From the NCBI GenBank assembly GCA_013177825.1, contig JABLXX010000005.1:359734-423733 (forward strand): a stretch of DNA of 64,000 nt, read 5' to 3'. Made by a program: the position numbers and the translations under genes. Below are positions 54,434 to 64,000 of the stretch, piece after piece (position 1 is the stretch's first letter; every line of letters starts with the position of its first letter). Source of the DNA: Syntrophaceae bacterium (GTDB lineage: Bacteria > Desulfobacterota > Syntrophia > Syntrophales > PHBD01). A model generated the notes under the pieces. The model was given only the letters and a program-made list of their open reading frames with translations. It ran no database searches and was not told the origin of the DNA.

Positions 54434-55513
54434 TTACAGGGATATGTCAGCCTTCGATAGACCAAGCGCCGCCAGCGATTTTTCGTACGGTGGCCGGGCA
54501 ATGCCGGCCTCGGTGACAATCGCGGTGATCAGGCGGGCAGGCGTGACGTCGAAAGCGGGGTTGTAGACGGCGATGCCCTCCGGGGCGATTCTTCTTCCGG
54601 CGAGGATGGTCACTTCCGAGGAATCCCGCTCCTCGATGGGGATGGCATCCCCTGTGGCCATGGTGAGGTCGATCGTCGAGAGAGGGGCGGCGATGTAAAA
54701 CGGAATCCCGTGGGCCTCCGCCAGGACGGCCACGCCGTAAGTACCGATCTTGTTCGCCGCATCGCCGTTGGCGGCAATACGGTCGGCCCCGGTGATAACC
54801 TTCCGGACCTTTCCCTGCTTCATGAGGAATGCCGCCATGTTGTCGGTGATCAGAACGGCGGGGATGCCTTCTTTCGTCAATTCCCATGCGGTGAGCCTCG
54901 CTCCCTGCAGGACGGGCCGCGTCTCGTCCACATACACGGTCAGTCTTTTCCCTTCCCCATAAGCTGCCCGGATCACCCCGAGGGCGGTCCCGTAACCGGC
55001 CGTCGCCAGCGCCCCGGCATTGCAGTGGGTAAGGACGCCGTCCCCGTCTTCCAGAAGGACCCGGCCATGGAGTCCCATAGCCCGGTTCGCTGCAATATCC
55101 GCATCGTGGATGTGGACGGCTTCCCGAAGCAGGACCTCCCTGAGGGCAGCCAGGCGCTCCGCCCAGGAAACGCCGGATTGATCGGCCAGAGCGGTGCGAA
55201 AACTTTTTTTCATCCGCTCGATGGCCCAAAACAGATTGACCGCCGTCGGCCGGGTTTTCGCAAAGGTTTTGCAGATTCCCTCAAAAGACGCCCGGAGTTC
55301 CTCCTCTGTGGCGGCGTCGGTGTTCCGCACACCCAGGGCGATGCCCAGGGCGGCGGCCACCCCGATGGCCGGCGCGCCCCGGACGGTGAGGTCCCGGATG
55401 GCCTCCGCAACATCCTCCCAGCGCTCGATGGCGAGGTACCGCTCCTCCAGGGGAAGCGCTTTCTGGTCGATCATCCCGACCGTTCCGTTCTGCCAGAAAA
55501 CCGTTCGGATCAT
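54434..55513 (-). CDS. mtnA: S-methyl-5-thioribose-1-phosphate isomerase (eIF-2B alpha/beta/delta family)
   Basis: The N-terminus is MIRTVFWQNGTVGMIDQKALP. Contains VRGAPAIGVAAA, HCNAGALAT and VGADRIAANGD-like motifs. Confidence 0.85.
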   Translation of the reverse strand: MIRTVFWQNGTVGMIDQKALPLEERYLAIERWEDVAEAIRDLTVRGAPAIGVAAALGIALGVRNTDAATEEELRASFEGICKTFAKTRPTAVNLFWAIERMKKSFRTALADQSGVSWAERLAALREVLLREAVHIHDADIAANRAMGLHGRVLLEDGDGVLTHCNAGALATAGYGTALGVIRAAYGEGKRLTVYVDETRPVLQGARLTAWELTKEGIPAVLITDNMAAFLMKQGKVRKVITGADRIAANGDAANKIGTYGVAVLAEAHGIPFYIAAPLSTIDLTMATGDAIPIEERDSSEVTILAGRRIAPEGIAVYNPAFDVTPARLITAIVTEAGIARPPYEKSLAALGLSKADISL

Positions 55514-55562
55514 TTCTTCCTCTTCCAGGGATGCAACCCCGTTTTTCCCGTGACGCTCCCTA

Positions 55563-56918
55563 TTACCGCCGGGATATCGCGTGTATCTGAAACGCATCCA
55601 TCATCACCCGATACTGGAGAATCGCCCGGTTCCGCTTCTGCACGGCGCCATTGTAGGCATTGGCAAGATGATGGTTTACCACCCTTTCCCAGTGATTCCG
55701 GGCATCTTCAGGCATATTCGGGAGATCGCTCATGTCGTATTGGGACGAGAAAACCTGCCGGAACAGATTCGGCAGATCCTCTTTCGCACGGGTCACGGCG
55801 GCCTGGGGGTCGATATCCTGCGGATTGCCGCCGATCTGTTCGAATACCCAGCGTTCGTAACGGTTCCGGTCCAGGGAGCCGTCAGGGGCCGAGATGAGCT
55901 GGTAGCTGTACCGAGGATTTGTCGTGGAATCGCTGAAGCGGACGGTTCCTTTCTCATCGAGATAACAGAACGTCTGCTTCCCTCCCGCAACGCCGCTCGC
56001 CGCGGTCCCTCCCGCCAGGGATACCGGGGTACCGGCGGCGGCGGCCAGCCGGGTCACCCGCTCGCCGGAGATGCAGAAGTTCAGATTCTGCCCGCCGCTG
56101 AACTGAAGGAACGCGACGCCGATGACCTCTCCCCGGAGATTCACCACGGGACTCCCGCTGGAGCCAGGCGAAATGGGCGCGGTGATCTGCAGGACCCGGC
56201 CCCGTTCCTCCGTCTCCCGGATGGCCGAAACGATTCCGTCCGAGACGGTCTGCTCGAGTCCGAAAGGACTTCCCACTACGATCACCCGCTCCCCGACTTC
56301 CGGGAGGGCCGCTGTCACAGCCAGGGGAAGGCTCTCGGCCCAGGGCATGGTCACCGACAGCAGCGCAAGATCGCCGGCGACATCCCGGGCCGTGATTCCC
56401 GCTACGGGATAGACTTTCCCGGCGGCGGTCTTGATCTGCGCGGAGTGGGCTGCTCGCAGTACGTGCAGGTTGGTGACGACCTGGCCGGAGGCGCCATGGA
56501 AAAAACCGCTTCCCCGGCCGAGGTTCTCCCGCCGCTCATTATATGTATAGATCGCCACGACGGACGGACCGATTTTCCGGTAGAGAGCCGAAACGTCCTG
56601 GAGCGCAGTTCCCGTTGGCGCCGGAGTTGGCGGTGCCGCGACGGGAACTCCCGCTTCGGGTCCCGGGACGACGGGAGCCGGGGGCGACAACTGATCCCGG
56701 CCTGCCCAATAGAGAATGCCAACGACCGCAAGAACGAAAACAGGGAGACCAACCAGAACGAAACGGTTGGAGAAGAGATTCCGGAGATCGGTCCACAACT
56801 CTCCGAGGCGGCGGCGGTAAACCAGCAGGAGGACTCCCAGGAGGACGGCCGGGAACAACAGGATATTGAAGAGTGTCTTCACGGTCCTTCCCCCGGCTGA
56901 GAGAACCGGTTCCCGCAC
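55563..56918 (-). CDS. Membrane-anchored trypsin-like (S1) serine protease with uncharacterised C-terminal domain
   Basis: An N-terminal TM is present. The catalytic His context is VVTNLHVL and the Ser context is SPGSSGSPVVN. No PDZ domain is evident. The C-terminal ~140 aa have no motif I recognise. Confidence 0.7.
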   Translation of the reverse strand: MREPVLSAGGRTVKTLFNILLFPAVLLGVLLLVYRRRLGELWTDLRNLFSNRFVLVGLPVFVLAVVGILYWAGRDQLSPPAPVVPGPEAGVPVAAPPTPAPTGTALQDVSALYRKIGPSVVAIYTYNERRENLGRGSGFFHGASGQVVTNLHVLRAAHSAQIKTAAGKVYPVAGITARDVAGDLALLSVTMPWAESLPLAVTAALPEVGERVIVVGSPFGLEQTVSDGIVSAIRETEERGRVLQITAPISPGSSGSPVVNLRGEVIGVAFLQFSGGQNLNFCISGERVTRLAAAAGTPVSLAGGTAASGVAGGKQTFCYLDEKGTVRFSDSTTNPRYSYQLISAPDGSLDRNRYERWVFEQIGGNPQDIDPQAAVTRAKEDLPNLFRQVFSSQYDMSDLPNMPEDARNHWERVVNHHLANAYNGAVQKRNRAILQYRVMMDAFQIHAISRR

Positions 56919-56946
56919 AGAGGAATCCGGTTCCGACCGATCCCGA

Positions 56947-58380
56947 TCATGTTCCCGGGAGCATCTTTTTCAGAAGGTCGTTGACGAGCTGCGGATTCGC
57001 CTTTCCCTGGGTCGCCTTCATGACCTGGCCGACGAAGAAACCGAACACCTTATCCTTCCCGGAGCGGAACTGTTCGAGCTGGGCCGGATTGGCCGCCATG
57101 ACGGCCTCGATGGTCGAGACCAGGGCTCCCTCGTCGGTGATCTGGACCAGCCCTTTCTCCTCGATGACGGCCCGGGGCGGCTTGCCGCTCCGGTACATCT
57201 CCTCGACGACCTCCTTGGCGATCTTTCCGCTGATGGTGCCGTCCTCGATGAGGACGATCATCTCCGCCAGGGACTCCGCGGAGATGGGACAATCCCGGAT
57301 GTCGCGCCGGTCCTCGTTGAGGAACCGCAGGATGTCGCCCATGACCCAGTTGCTCGCCGCCTTCGGTTTTTCACTGAGCCGGACGACCGCTTCGTAGTAG
57401 TCCGCCAGTGCCCGGCTGGCCGTGAGAACGCCGGCGTCATAGGCCGGAATGCCGTATTCCCGGAGGAAACGCTCCCGTTTTTCCAGGGGAAGCTCCGGGA
57501 GGGTCTTCCGGATCTCCTCGATCCAGACCTCGCCGACCTGGACCGGAACCAGGTCCGGATCCGGGAAGTACCGGTAGTCGTGGGCCTCCTCCTTGCCGCG
57601 CATGGAGTGGGTCACGCCCTGGGTGTCGTCCCACAGCCGCGTCTCCTGCACGACTTGGCCGCCGCCCTCGAGGACGTACTGCTGGCGCTTGATCTCGTAT
57701 TCCAGAGCACGCTGGACGTTCCGGAAGGAGTTCATGTTCTTCAGTTCCGCCCGGATGCCGAAGGCCTCCGTCCCGCGGGGACGCAGCGACACATTGGCAT
57801 CGCAGCGGAAGCTCCCCTGCTCCATGTTGCCGTCGCAGACCTCCAGGTAGACCAGGATCTCGTGGAGGCGCCGCAGATAGGCCGCGGCCTCTTCGGCGCT
57901 CCGCATATCCGGTTCGCTGACGATCTCGATCAGGGGCACGCCGGTCCGGTTCAGGTCCACGTAACTCGAGGGATTGTGCTCGTCATGAATGAGTTTCCCC
58001 GCGTCCTCTTCCATGTGAATGCGGGTGATGCCGATGCGCTTCTTCCCGCCGTTCAGTTCGATGTCCACGTAACCGAACTCCGACAGCGGATGGGCGTACT
58101 GGGAAATCTGGTATCCTTTCGGGAGGTCCGGATAGAAATAGTTCTTCCTGGCGAAGACGCATTCGGGATTGATGCGGCAGGAGGTGGCCAGGCTCATCTT
58201 CATGGCGAACTCGACCACTTTTTTATTGAGGACCGGCAGAACTCCCGGCATGCCCTGGCAGACCGGGCAGGTCTGGCTGTTGGGGCCCTCCCCGAACGTG
58301 GTGGAGCAGCCGCAGAAGATCTTCGAGTACGTCAGCATCTGGGCATGGACTTCCAGCCCGATGACGGGTTCGTATTCCAT
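56947..58380 (-). CDS. gatB: Asp/Glu-tRNA(Asn/Gln) amidotransferase subunit B
   Basis: Contains [30 protein letters not shown] and the C-terminal GatB/YqeY domain. Confidence 0.95.
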   Translation of the reverse strand: MEYEPVIGLEVHAQMLTYSKIFCGCSTTFGEGPNSQTCPVCQGMPGVLPVLNKKVVEFAMKMSLATSCRINPECVFARKNYFYPDLPKGYQISQYAHPLSEFGYVDIELNGGKKRIGITRIHMEEDAGKLIHDEHNPSSYVDLNRTGVPLIEIVSEPDMRSAEEAAAYLRRLHEILVYLEVCDGNMEQGSFRCDANVSLRPRGTEAFGIRAELKNMNSFRNVQRALEYEIKRQQYVLEGGGQVVQETRLWDDTQGVTHSMRGKEEAHDYRYFPDPDLVPVQVGEVWIEEIRKTLPELPLEKRERFLREYGIPAYDAGVLTASRALADYYEAVVRLSEKPKAASNWVMGDILRFLNEDRRDIRDCPISAESLAEMIVLIEDGTISGKIAKEVVEEMYRSGKPPRAVIEEKGLVQITDEGALVSTIEAVMAANPAQLEQFRSGKDKVFGFFVGQVMKATQGKANPQLVNDLLKKMLPGT

Positions 58381-59834
58381 CAGAGATTCGGTCTCCTTTT
58401 CTGAAAATCGGCGCCCGCCTCGTAGGCCGAGGCGAACTGGAGGAGCTTTCCCTCCTGAAAATGGCCCGCCAGGAACTGGACCCCGACGGGAAGGCCCGCC
58501 GCCGTGTACCCGCAGGGGACGGAGATCCCGGGGATCCCCGCCAGGTTCGTCGAGATGGTGAAGATGTCCGACAGGTACATCTGGAGGGGATCATCGGTCT
58601 TCTCACCGACCCGGAAGGCCGGCGTGGGCGTCGTGGGGGTTAGGATCACATCGCAGGACCGGAACGCCTCGTCGAAATCCTGCCGGATGAGGGCCCGCAC
58701 CTGGGAGGCCTTCTTGTAGTAGGCGTCGTAATAGCCCGCTGACAGCGCATAGGTGCCGATCATGATGCGGCGCTTGACCTCCGCACCGAATCCCTGGGAG
58801 CGGGTCTTCTTGTACATCTCCAGGAGGTCTCGACCGTCCAGATTCCGATAGCCGTACTTGACGCCGTCATAGCGGGCCAGGTTGGAGGAGGCCTCTGCGG
58901 GAGCGACGATGTAATAAACCGCGAGGCAGTATTGCGTGTGGGGGAGGGACACCGGCACCGCCTCGGCGCCGAGTCCTTCCACCACCTTGACGGTCTGCCG
59001 GACCAGGGCCTCGACCTCCGGGTCGATTCCCTCGATGAAGTATTCCTTCGGGATGCCCACCTTCCAGCCCCGGATGTCCCGGCCGAGGAACTGCCGATAG
59101 TCGGGCACGTCCTCCGGGACCGACGTCGATTCGCGGGGATCGTAGCCGGCGATGGCGTTCAGCAGGATGGCGCAGTCCTCCACGTCCTTGGTGAAGGGAC
59201 CGATCTGGTCGAGGGACGAGGCGAAGGCCACCAGCCCGAACCGGGAAACACGGCCGTAGGTGGGCTTCAGCCCCACCACGCCGCAGAGGGCCGCCGGCTG
59301 CCGGATGGAACCGCCTGTGTCGGATCCCAGGGAGGCGATGCACATATCGGCGGCCACCGCCGCGGCCGAACCGCCGCTGGACCCGCCGGGAATGCGGTCG
59401 AGATCCCAGGGATTTTTCGTAACCCCGAACCAGGAGGTCTCCGTCGAGGACCCCATGGCGAATTCGTCCATGTTGGTCTTTCCCGTAAAAATCGCCCCCG
59501 CCTCCCGGAGCTTCTCCACGATCGTGGCGTCGTAGGGGGCGATGAAATTCTGGAGGATCCGGGACCCGCAGGTGGTCGGGATGCCCCGGGTACAGTAAAT
59601 GTCCTTCAAGGCAATGGGGATCCCGGTCAGGGGCCGGATATTGCCCTTCCGGATTTCCTCGTCCGCCCGGGCCGCCTCACGGAAGGCCTCCTCCTTGAGG
59701 AGGGTGATGTAGGCGTGGATGCTTTTCTCGACGGCGTCGATCTTCCGGAAGACGGAGGCGACGATGTCGGCGGAAGAGACCCCGCCCCGGATATGCTCCT
59801 GCAGTTCGTGGATCGTAAGCTCACAATATTCCAT
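58380..59834 (-). CDS. gatA: Glu-tRNA(Gln) amidotransferase subunit A
   Basis: The amidase signature [12 protein letters not shown] and [12 protein letters not shown] are present. The start is at [11 protein letters not shown] (59834). The tracked ORF is over-extended. Confidence 0.95.
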   Translation of the reverse strand: MEYCELTIHELQEHIRGGVSSADIVASVFRKIDAVEKSIHAYITLLKEEAFREAARADEEIRKGNIRPLTGIPIALKDIYCTRGIPTTCGSRILQNFIAPYDATIVEKLREAGAIFTGKTNMDEFAMGSSTETSWFGVTKNPWDLDRIPGGSSGGSAAAVAADMCIASLGSDTGGSIRQPAALCGVVGLKPTYGRVSRFGLVAFASSLDQIGPFTKDVEDCAILLNAIAGYDPRESTSVPEDVPDYRQFLGRDIRGWKVGIPKEYFIEGIDPEVEALVRQTVKVVEGLGAEAVPVSLPHTQYCLAVYYIVAPAEASSNLARYDGVKYGYRNLDGRDLLEMYKKTRSQGFGAEVKRRIMIGTYALSAGYYDAYYKKASQVRALIRQDFDEAFRSCDVILTPTTPTPAFRVGEKTDDPLQMYLSDIFTISTNLAGIPGISVPCGYTAAGLPVGVQFLAGHFQEGKLLQFASAYEAGADFQKRRPNL

Positions 59835-60015
59835 GGGTTCCTCTAGTATTGCGGATGTTCTTCCTGAGATGCTATTGCCAGTCTGCCGTAAAACAGCCCC
59901 TTCGAAAGCTCCAGCGGCATGGCGCGCGAATCCCGACAAGCAAGGCGTAACGGTGTGTACGCCGCCGGCAGGAGGGAGAAAGCCGATTGCAGCACAGGGA
60001 CTTTTTCCGGGACCT

Positions 60016-60303
60016 TCATTCGATAACCTTGGGAACGCGAAAGAATTCCCCCTTCGGGTCCGGTGCGTTGGACAGGGCCTCTCCGATGGGAAGAGAGGAG
60101 CGGATCATGTCCTCCCGGAAGGCGTTTTTCTGTGCGATGGCATGGGTCATCGGCTCCACGCCGGTCGTGTCCGCCTCGTTCAGTTTTTCCATATACAGCA
60201 GGATATCGTTGAGCTGGGAAGTGAATTTCTCCATCTCCTCCCCGCCGAACTCCAGCCTTGCCAGATGGGCCACATAGGCCACTTCATCTTTCGTGATCTT
60301 CAA
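60016..60303 (-). CDS. gatC: Asp/Glu-tRNA amidotransferase subunit C
   Basis: 95 aa. Begins MKITKDEVAYVAHLARLEF and ends ...FRVPKVIE. Confidence 0.9.
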   Translation of the reverse strand: MKITKDEVAYVAHLARLEFGGEEMEKFTSQLNDILLYMEKLNEADTTGVEPMTHAIAQKNAFREDMIRSSLPIGEALSNAPDPKGEFFRVPKVIE

Positions 60304-60324
60304 GACATATTCCTCCGGATCAGG

Positions 60325-61380
60325 TCAAAATACGGGCCAGAACGGGGCCAGACGCTCCATGACCCTGCTGAGAACGGAACTCCTCCACATGACGGCGTCG
60401 GTCTCCAGGCGGTCCAGTTCATCATCCGTCACATGCGTATCGTCGGTCAGCTCCTTGAGCACGGCCCGGACGGAACGGGCAAGGCCCCGCAAATCATATC
60501 CTCCCTCAAGCACCAGCACGATCTTCCCGCCGCACAGCTCATCGGCCAGGTTCATGAGCAGTCGGGTGAGGCAGGCGAAGCCGTCCGGCGTCACTCGCAT
60601 GTCCCCCAGGGGGTCTCCATCGTACGTATCGAACCCGGCCGACACCAGGATCAGCTCCGGCCGGAACATCCGGGCAACGGGCTGCAGAATCTGCCGGAAC
60701 ACTTTTACATAATGGGCATTTCCCGAGCCCGCGGCAAGCGGAATGTTGATGGTATAACCCTTCGCCTCTCCCTGGCCGATTTCGTCAACCGCCCCGGAAC
60801 CCGGGTACGCCGGAAACTGGTGGGTGGAAAAGTAGAGCACCCTCGGATCCCCGTAGAAAAGGTCCTGTGTCCCGTTTCCGTGATGAAGGTCCCAATCGAC
60901 GATCAGGATCCGCTTGAGGCCGCGGACCGCCAAAGCGTGCGCAGCGCCAAGGGCGATGTTGTTGAAGAGGCAGAAGCCGCCGGAGGCATGTCTCTCCGCA
61001 TGATGCCCCGGGGGCCGGACAAAGGCGAAGGCATTGTCCAGGGACCCGTCCAGAACGGCGTCGATGGCATTGAGAAGTCCGCCCACGGCCAGGAGGGCTG
61101 TGTCAAAGGAATCCGCACATGCTTCCGTGTCCGGGTCCAGGGGGGTACAGGGCTCACCTGCCGTTGATGCAATCTTGCGAAAATATGCTTCCGAGTGCAG
61201 CCTCAGGATTTCGTCCCGGGTGGCATGCCGGGGGGGGATGGGGAAGAGTTTACCGGCCATGTCGGGAGTATCGAGAATGGCATGGATGACCTCGAGGCGT
61301 CGGTAGTTCTCCGGATGAAACTCCCCTGCTCCATGACGCAAGTATCGATTATCTCTTACGACCCCTGTTTTTCTGGCCAT
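60325..61380 (-). CDS. Histone deacetylase-family (class II-like) deacetylase
   Basis: Contains [38 protein letters not shown] and EGGY. The start was chosen at MARKTGVV. Other in-frame starts exist at 61434 and 61512. Confidence 0.8.
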   Translation of the reverse strand: MARKTGVVRDNRYLRHGAGEFHPENYRRLEVIHAILDTPDMAGKLFPIPPRHATRDEILRLHSEAYFRKIASTAGEPCTPLDPDTEACADSFDTALLAVGGLLNAIDAVLDGSLDNAFAFVRPPGHHAERHASGGFCLFNNIALGAAHALAVRGLKRILIVDWDLHHGNGTQDLFYGDPRVLYFSTHQFPAYPGSGAVDEIGQGEAKGYTINIPLAAGSGNAHYVKVFRQILQPVARMFRPELILVSAGFDTYDGDPLGDMRVTPDGFACLTRLLMNLADELCGGKIVLVLEGGYDLRGLARSVRAVLKELTDDTHVTDDELDRLETDAVMWRSSVLSRVMERLAPFWPVF

Positions 61381-61568
61381 GGCTCCCTCGAATCGGCCCG
61401 AGGCGTCGCCGAAGGTCTCCGGCGACGTTTCCATCGGACCGCTCCGTACCACAAGGTCCCCCAAAATGCAAAGGAATTGGCTCCCGAAGGCCTCGGGAAA
61501 AAGGATTGACAAACCCCGGGAAGTGCACCTATATACCGCGAATCACGGATACGGGAGTATTGGTTGCC

Positions 61569-61883
61569 ATGTTCGGCATCGGCATGCAGGAACTCATCAT
61601 CATCGCCATTATCGCCCTCCTGGTCGTGGGGCCCAAAAAGCTTCCCGACTTGGCGAAATCCCTCGGGAAAGGATTCTCGGAATTCAAGAGAGCCGCCGAG
61701 GACGTGTCCGAGGGAGTGAAAAATTCCCTCCAGGCCGATGACCTGAAGAAGGAGGCGGAGGATCTGAAGGACTCCATCACAGAAGCCAAAAAGGAAGCCG
61801 ATGACAAGGAAAAATCAACGGATACCAACCCTGAGACAACCTCCGCCCCGCCCCAGAAACCCCTGGATTCGTCTCATTCCTGA
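61569..61883 (+). CDS. tatA: Twin-arginine translocase TatA/TatB-family protein
   Basis: [40 protein letters not shown] is the canonical TatA/B N-terminus. At 104 aa with an acidic tail, TatB-like identity is possible. Confidence 0.8.
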   Translation: MFGIGMQELIIIAIIALLVVGPKKLPDLAKSLGKGFSEFKRAAEDVSEGVKNSLQADDLKKEAEDLKDSITEAKKEADDKEKSTDTNPETTSAPPQKPLDSSHS

Positions 61884-61913
61884 CGACTCCGCAAAGCCTA
61901 TCCGCCGCCGATC

Positions 61914-62696
61914 ATGAACGATTCCGCCGAAGAGAAGCTGCCTCTCACCAGTCATCTGCTGGAACTGCGGACGCGTCTGGTTCGAATCCTGATTGTTGTG
62001 GGGATCGGCTTCGTCGCTTGCTACATTTTCAAGGACTTCTTCTTCGCGATCATCACGAAGCCCCTGGCCGATGCGATGCCGAAGAACAGCCATATGATCT
62101 TTACGGGGCTGCCGGAGGCCTTTTTCATCCATATGAAAATCGCCTTTTTCGCGTCCCTCTTCCTGACCAGCCCCTTCACGTTATACCAGGTCTGGAAGTT
62201 TATCTCCCCGGGCCTGTACAAGAAGGAAAAGCGCTACGTGGCTCCGTTCGTCATCTCGTCGTCGATCCTGTTCATCGGCGGCGTTCTGTTCGGGTATTAC
62301 ATTGCTCTGCCGCCGGCCTTCTCATTCTTTCTCGAATTCTCGACGGACTTCCTGAAGCCCATGATCTCCTTCCGGGAGTACCTGGACCTGTCGCTCAAGT
62401 TCCTTCTGGCCTTCGGCCTGTCTTTTGAAATGCCCGTGTTCATCTTCTTCATGACGAAGATCGGGATCGTGAACTCGCGAATGCTCTCCCGCCAGCGGCG
62501 CTACGCCATTCTCGTCATATTCATCGCCGCCGCGGTGCTCACGCCCTCACCGGACGCCCTCAGCCAGATCCTGATGGCCATCCCGCTCCTTTTCCTTTAC
62601 GAGATCAGCATTTTCGTGTCGCGATTCGCCGAGAAGAATAGGAAAAAGGATGAGACGGAGGCGGAGGAAGAGGCGGAGTCCTCCGAGGCAGGATGA
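61914..62696 (+). CDS. tatC: Twin-arginine translocase subunit TatC
   Basis: Contains PLTSHLLELRTRL, six TM segments and the SPDALSQ motif. Confidence 0.9.
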   Translation: MNDSAEEKLPLTSHLLELRTRLVRILIVVGIGFVACYIFKDFFFAIITKPLADAMPKNSHMIFTGLPEAFFIHMKIAFFASLFLTSPFTLYQVWKFISPGLYKKEKRYVAPFVISSSILFIGGVLFGYYIALPPAFSFFLEFSTDFLKPMISFREYLDLSLKFLLAFGLSFEMPVFIFFMTKIGIVNSRMLSRQRRYAILVIFIAAAVLTPSPDALSQILMAIPLLFLYEISIFVSRFAEKNRKKDETEAEEEAESSEAG

Positions 62697-64000
62697 TGGC
62701 CGGACCATTCGGAAAAAGAAAGCGTCGTACGAGGAACATCTCGGGCATCGGGACCATTCTGATTGCAGGGATTCTCACTGTCATCGCCCTTCTGGTGATC
62801 GGCAGCACGGTCCTCTATTATGTTCTCCTGAAGGAACTGCCCAGCATCGCCACCCTGAAGGATTACCGCCCCAGTATCGCCACGCGGGTCTATTCCGACA
62901 ACAACGAGTTGGTGGACGAGTTCTTCCTGGAGGACCGGAAAGTCGTCCGCATCCAGGACCTGCCCCCGGTGGTTGTCCAGGCCTTTGTAGCCGCCGAGGA
63001 TGCACGTTTTTACCAGCACCGCGGCTTCGACCTCCAGAGCATCTCACGGGCATTCTTCAAGAACATCGAGGCGGGACGCGTCGTACAGGGGGGGAGCACA
63101 ATCACACAACAGGTGGCCAAGTCCCTGTTCCTGACCCCCGAACGAAGCTACATCCGAAAGATCAAGGAGGCCATCCTCGCCTTCAAGATCGACCGCTACC
63201 TGACGAAGGACGAGATCCTTCACCTCTACCTCAACCACATTTACCTGGGACACGGCACGTACGGCGTGGAGGCGGCGGCGGAGGCCTATTTCGGGAAGAG
63301 CGCCCGGAGCCTCACCCTGCCGGAAGCGGCCATGCTGGCGGGGCTCCCGAAGGCACCCAGCAATTATTCGCCCTACAGCAGCCTGGAACGGGCAAAACAG
63401 CGGCAGGCCTACACGCTGGACCGGATGGTGGAAAGCGGATACATCACCATGGAACAGAAGGAAGCCGCGCTGGCGGCGCCTCTGAATCTGCGCTCCGTGC
63501 GGCCCAAGGATAAAATCGCCCCGTATTTCGTGGAGAACATCCGGCGGTACGTCCAGGAAAAATACGGCAGCGACGTCCTCTACAAAGAGGGCCTCGAGAT
63601 CTACACGACGCTGAACATTCCCATGCAGACAGCAGCGCGGGATGCCGTGGAGCAAGGACTCCGGGAACTGGAGAAGCGTGAGAAATATACCGTTGGAACC
63701 GTCCAGGGTGCGCTGTACTGCATGGACGCCCGCACCGGGGCCATCAAGGCCATGGTGGGGGGAAGGGATTTCAAGAAAAGCGAGTTCAATCGGGCCACCC
63801 AATCCCGCCGGCAGCCGGGATCGTCATTCAAGCCGCTCATCTACACGGCTGCCTTCGACAAGGAGATGACCCCTTCCACCCGGATCGACGACTCGCCCGT
63901 TCAGTTTCCGGATCCTTCCAAGCCCGATGGATACTGGCGTCCCAGAAACTTCGACGGGAAATTCAACGGCCCGACGACGCTCCGAAATGCCCTGGTTCAT
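62693..64000 (+). CDS. mrcA: Penicillin-binding protein 1A (bifunctional transglycosylase/transpeptidase), 3'-truncated by the window edge
   Basis: I translated this frame myself. It is absent from the ORF track because no stop lies in the window. It reads MMAGPFGKRKRRTRN, then a TM, then the GT51 motifs EDARFYQHRGFD, GGSTITQQVAK and RKIKEA. Later, RQPGSSFKP is the SxxK transpeptidase motif. ATGA overlap with tatC. Confidence 0.85.
   Translation, partial: MMAGPFGKRKRRTRNISGIGTILIAGILTVIALLVIGSTVLYYVLLKELPSIATLKDYRPSIATRVYSDNNELVDEFFLEDRKVVRIQDLPPVVVQAFVAAEDARFYQHRGFDLQSISRAFFKNIEAGRVVQGGSTITQQVAKSLFLTPERSYIRKIKEAILAFKIDRYLTKDEILHLYLNHIYLGHGTYGVEAAAEAYFGKSARSLTLPEAAMLAGLPKAPSNYSPYSSLERAKQRQAYTLDRMVESGYITMEQKEAALAAPLNLRSVRPKDKIAPYFVENIRRYVQEKYGSDVLYKEGLEIYTTLNIPMQTAARDAVEQGLRELEKREKYTVGTVQGALYCMDARTGAIKAMVGGRDFKKSEFNRATQSRRQPGSSFKPLIYTAAFDKEMTPSTRIDDSPVQFPDPSKPDGYWRPRNFDGKFNGPTTLRNALVH

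Noticed and set aside
51646-55600. Looked for a CRISPR repeat-spacer array or cas genes around the Cas6-like gene
   Set aside because: No 25-40-bp direct-repeat periodicity is visible there or elsewhere in the window. The intergenic gaps (53254-53336, 54330-54433) are too short for an array. No CRISPR feature is reported.
56866-58404. 512-aa plus-strand ORF
   Set aside because: It is antisense to gatB, so it is a shadow ORF. The same reasoning applies to 54710-55897 and 55581-56900 (opposite mtnA and the protease). It also applies to 59719-61167 (opposite gatC and the deacetylase), 25708-26874 (opposite pilM-N) and 52180-53292 (opposite rmuC). Finally, it covers 47384-48580, 39606-40937, 41600-43021 and 28362-29183.
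59835-60015. 181-nt spacer between gatC and gatA as a possible small RNA or regulatory element
   Set aside because: Only a weak 6-bp hairpin (GGCGTA/TACGCC) was seen. There is no promoter/terminator pair or conserved motif I can recognise, so the evidence is insufficient.
62650-63513. 287-aa plus-strand ORF after tatC
   Set aside because: The translation is Arg/Pro/Gly-rich nonsense. The adjacent frame starting at 62693 encodes canonical PBP1A transglycosylase motifs and stays open to the window end.

Overview
This 64-kb bacterial window has three parts.

(1) nt 1-15.8 kb is a compositionally mosaic, mostly AT-rich accessory island. It opens with the 3' part of a class II terpene-cyclase-like gene carrying a DLDDTA motif. 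Next come a GC-rich trans-prenyl diphosphate synthase, a GT4 glycosyltransferase whose C-terminus is encoded by seven 42-bp tandem repeats, and a divergent isoprenoid-synthase-like protein. The rest of the island is a polyprenyl-phosphate-sugar type periplasmic glycosylation set: an ArnE-like small flippase, two GT2 enzymes, a DUF2304-like protein and four GT-C-like polytopic membrane proteins. Three of the four carry C-terminal TPR arrays (TMTC-like).

(2) nt 15.9-27.5 kb is an MSHA-like type IV pilus cluster, all on the minus strand. It contains a Thr/Ser-rich, cysteine-free pilin behind a sigma54-type promoter and a membrane-anchored sigma54 activator. It also encodes the platform protein, an MshE-type ATPase with tandem MshEN motifs, an ExeA/MshM-like AAA+ protein, the secretin, GspB/PilP-like and PilO-like proteins, and a PilM-PilN fusion.

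(3) nt 27.9-64 kb is GC-rich housekeeping DNA: ccdA/tlpA, fmt, rsmB, tRNA-Gln and tRNA-Glu, a Ski2-like helicase, an MFS transporter, feoAB, pgpA, cinA, thpR, recA, recX, alaS, rmuC, mtnA, gatCAB, tatA and tatC, and a PBP1A 5' fragment. An orphan Cas6-family RAMP-like gene with no visible CRISPR array sits between mtnA and rmuC. A somewhat less GC-rich GT-C-like membrane gene follows the tRNA pair.

The most interesting hypothesis is that the TMTC-like GT-C/TPR island is a lipid-linked-sugar protein O-glycosylation system, with the adjacent Thr-rich pilin as a candidate substrate. Second is a possible glycosylated terpenoid pathway at the left edge.

All functional calls come from motif recognition by eye. 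No database search was run.
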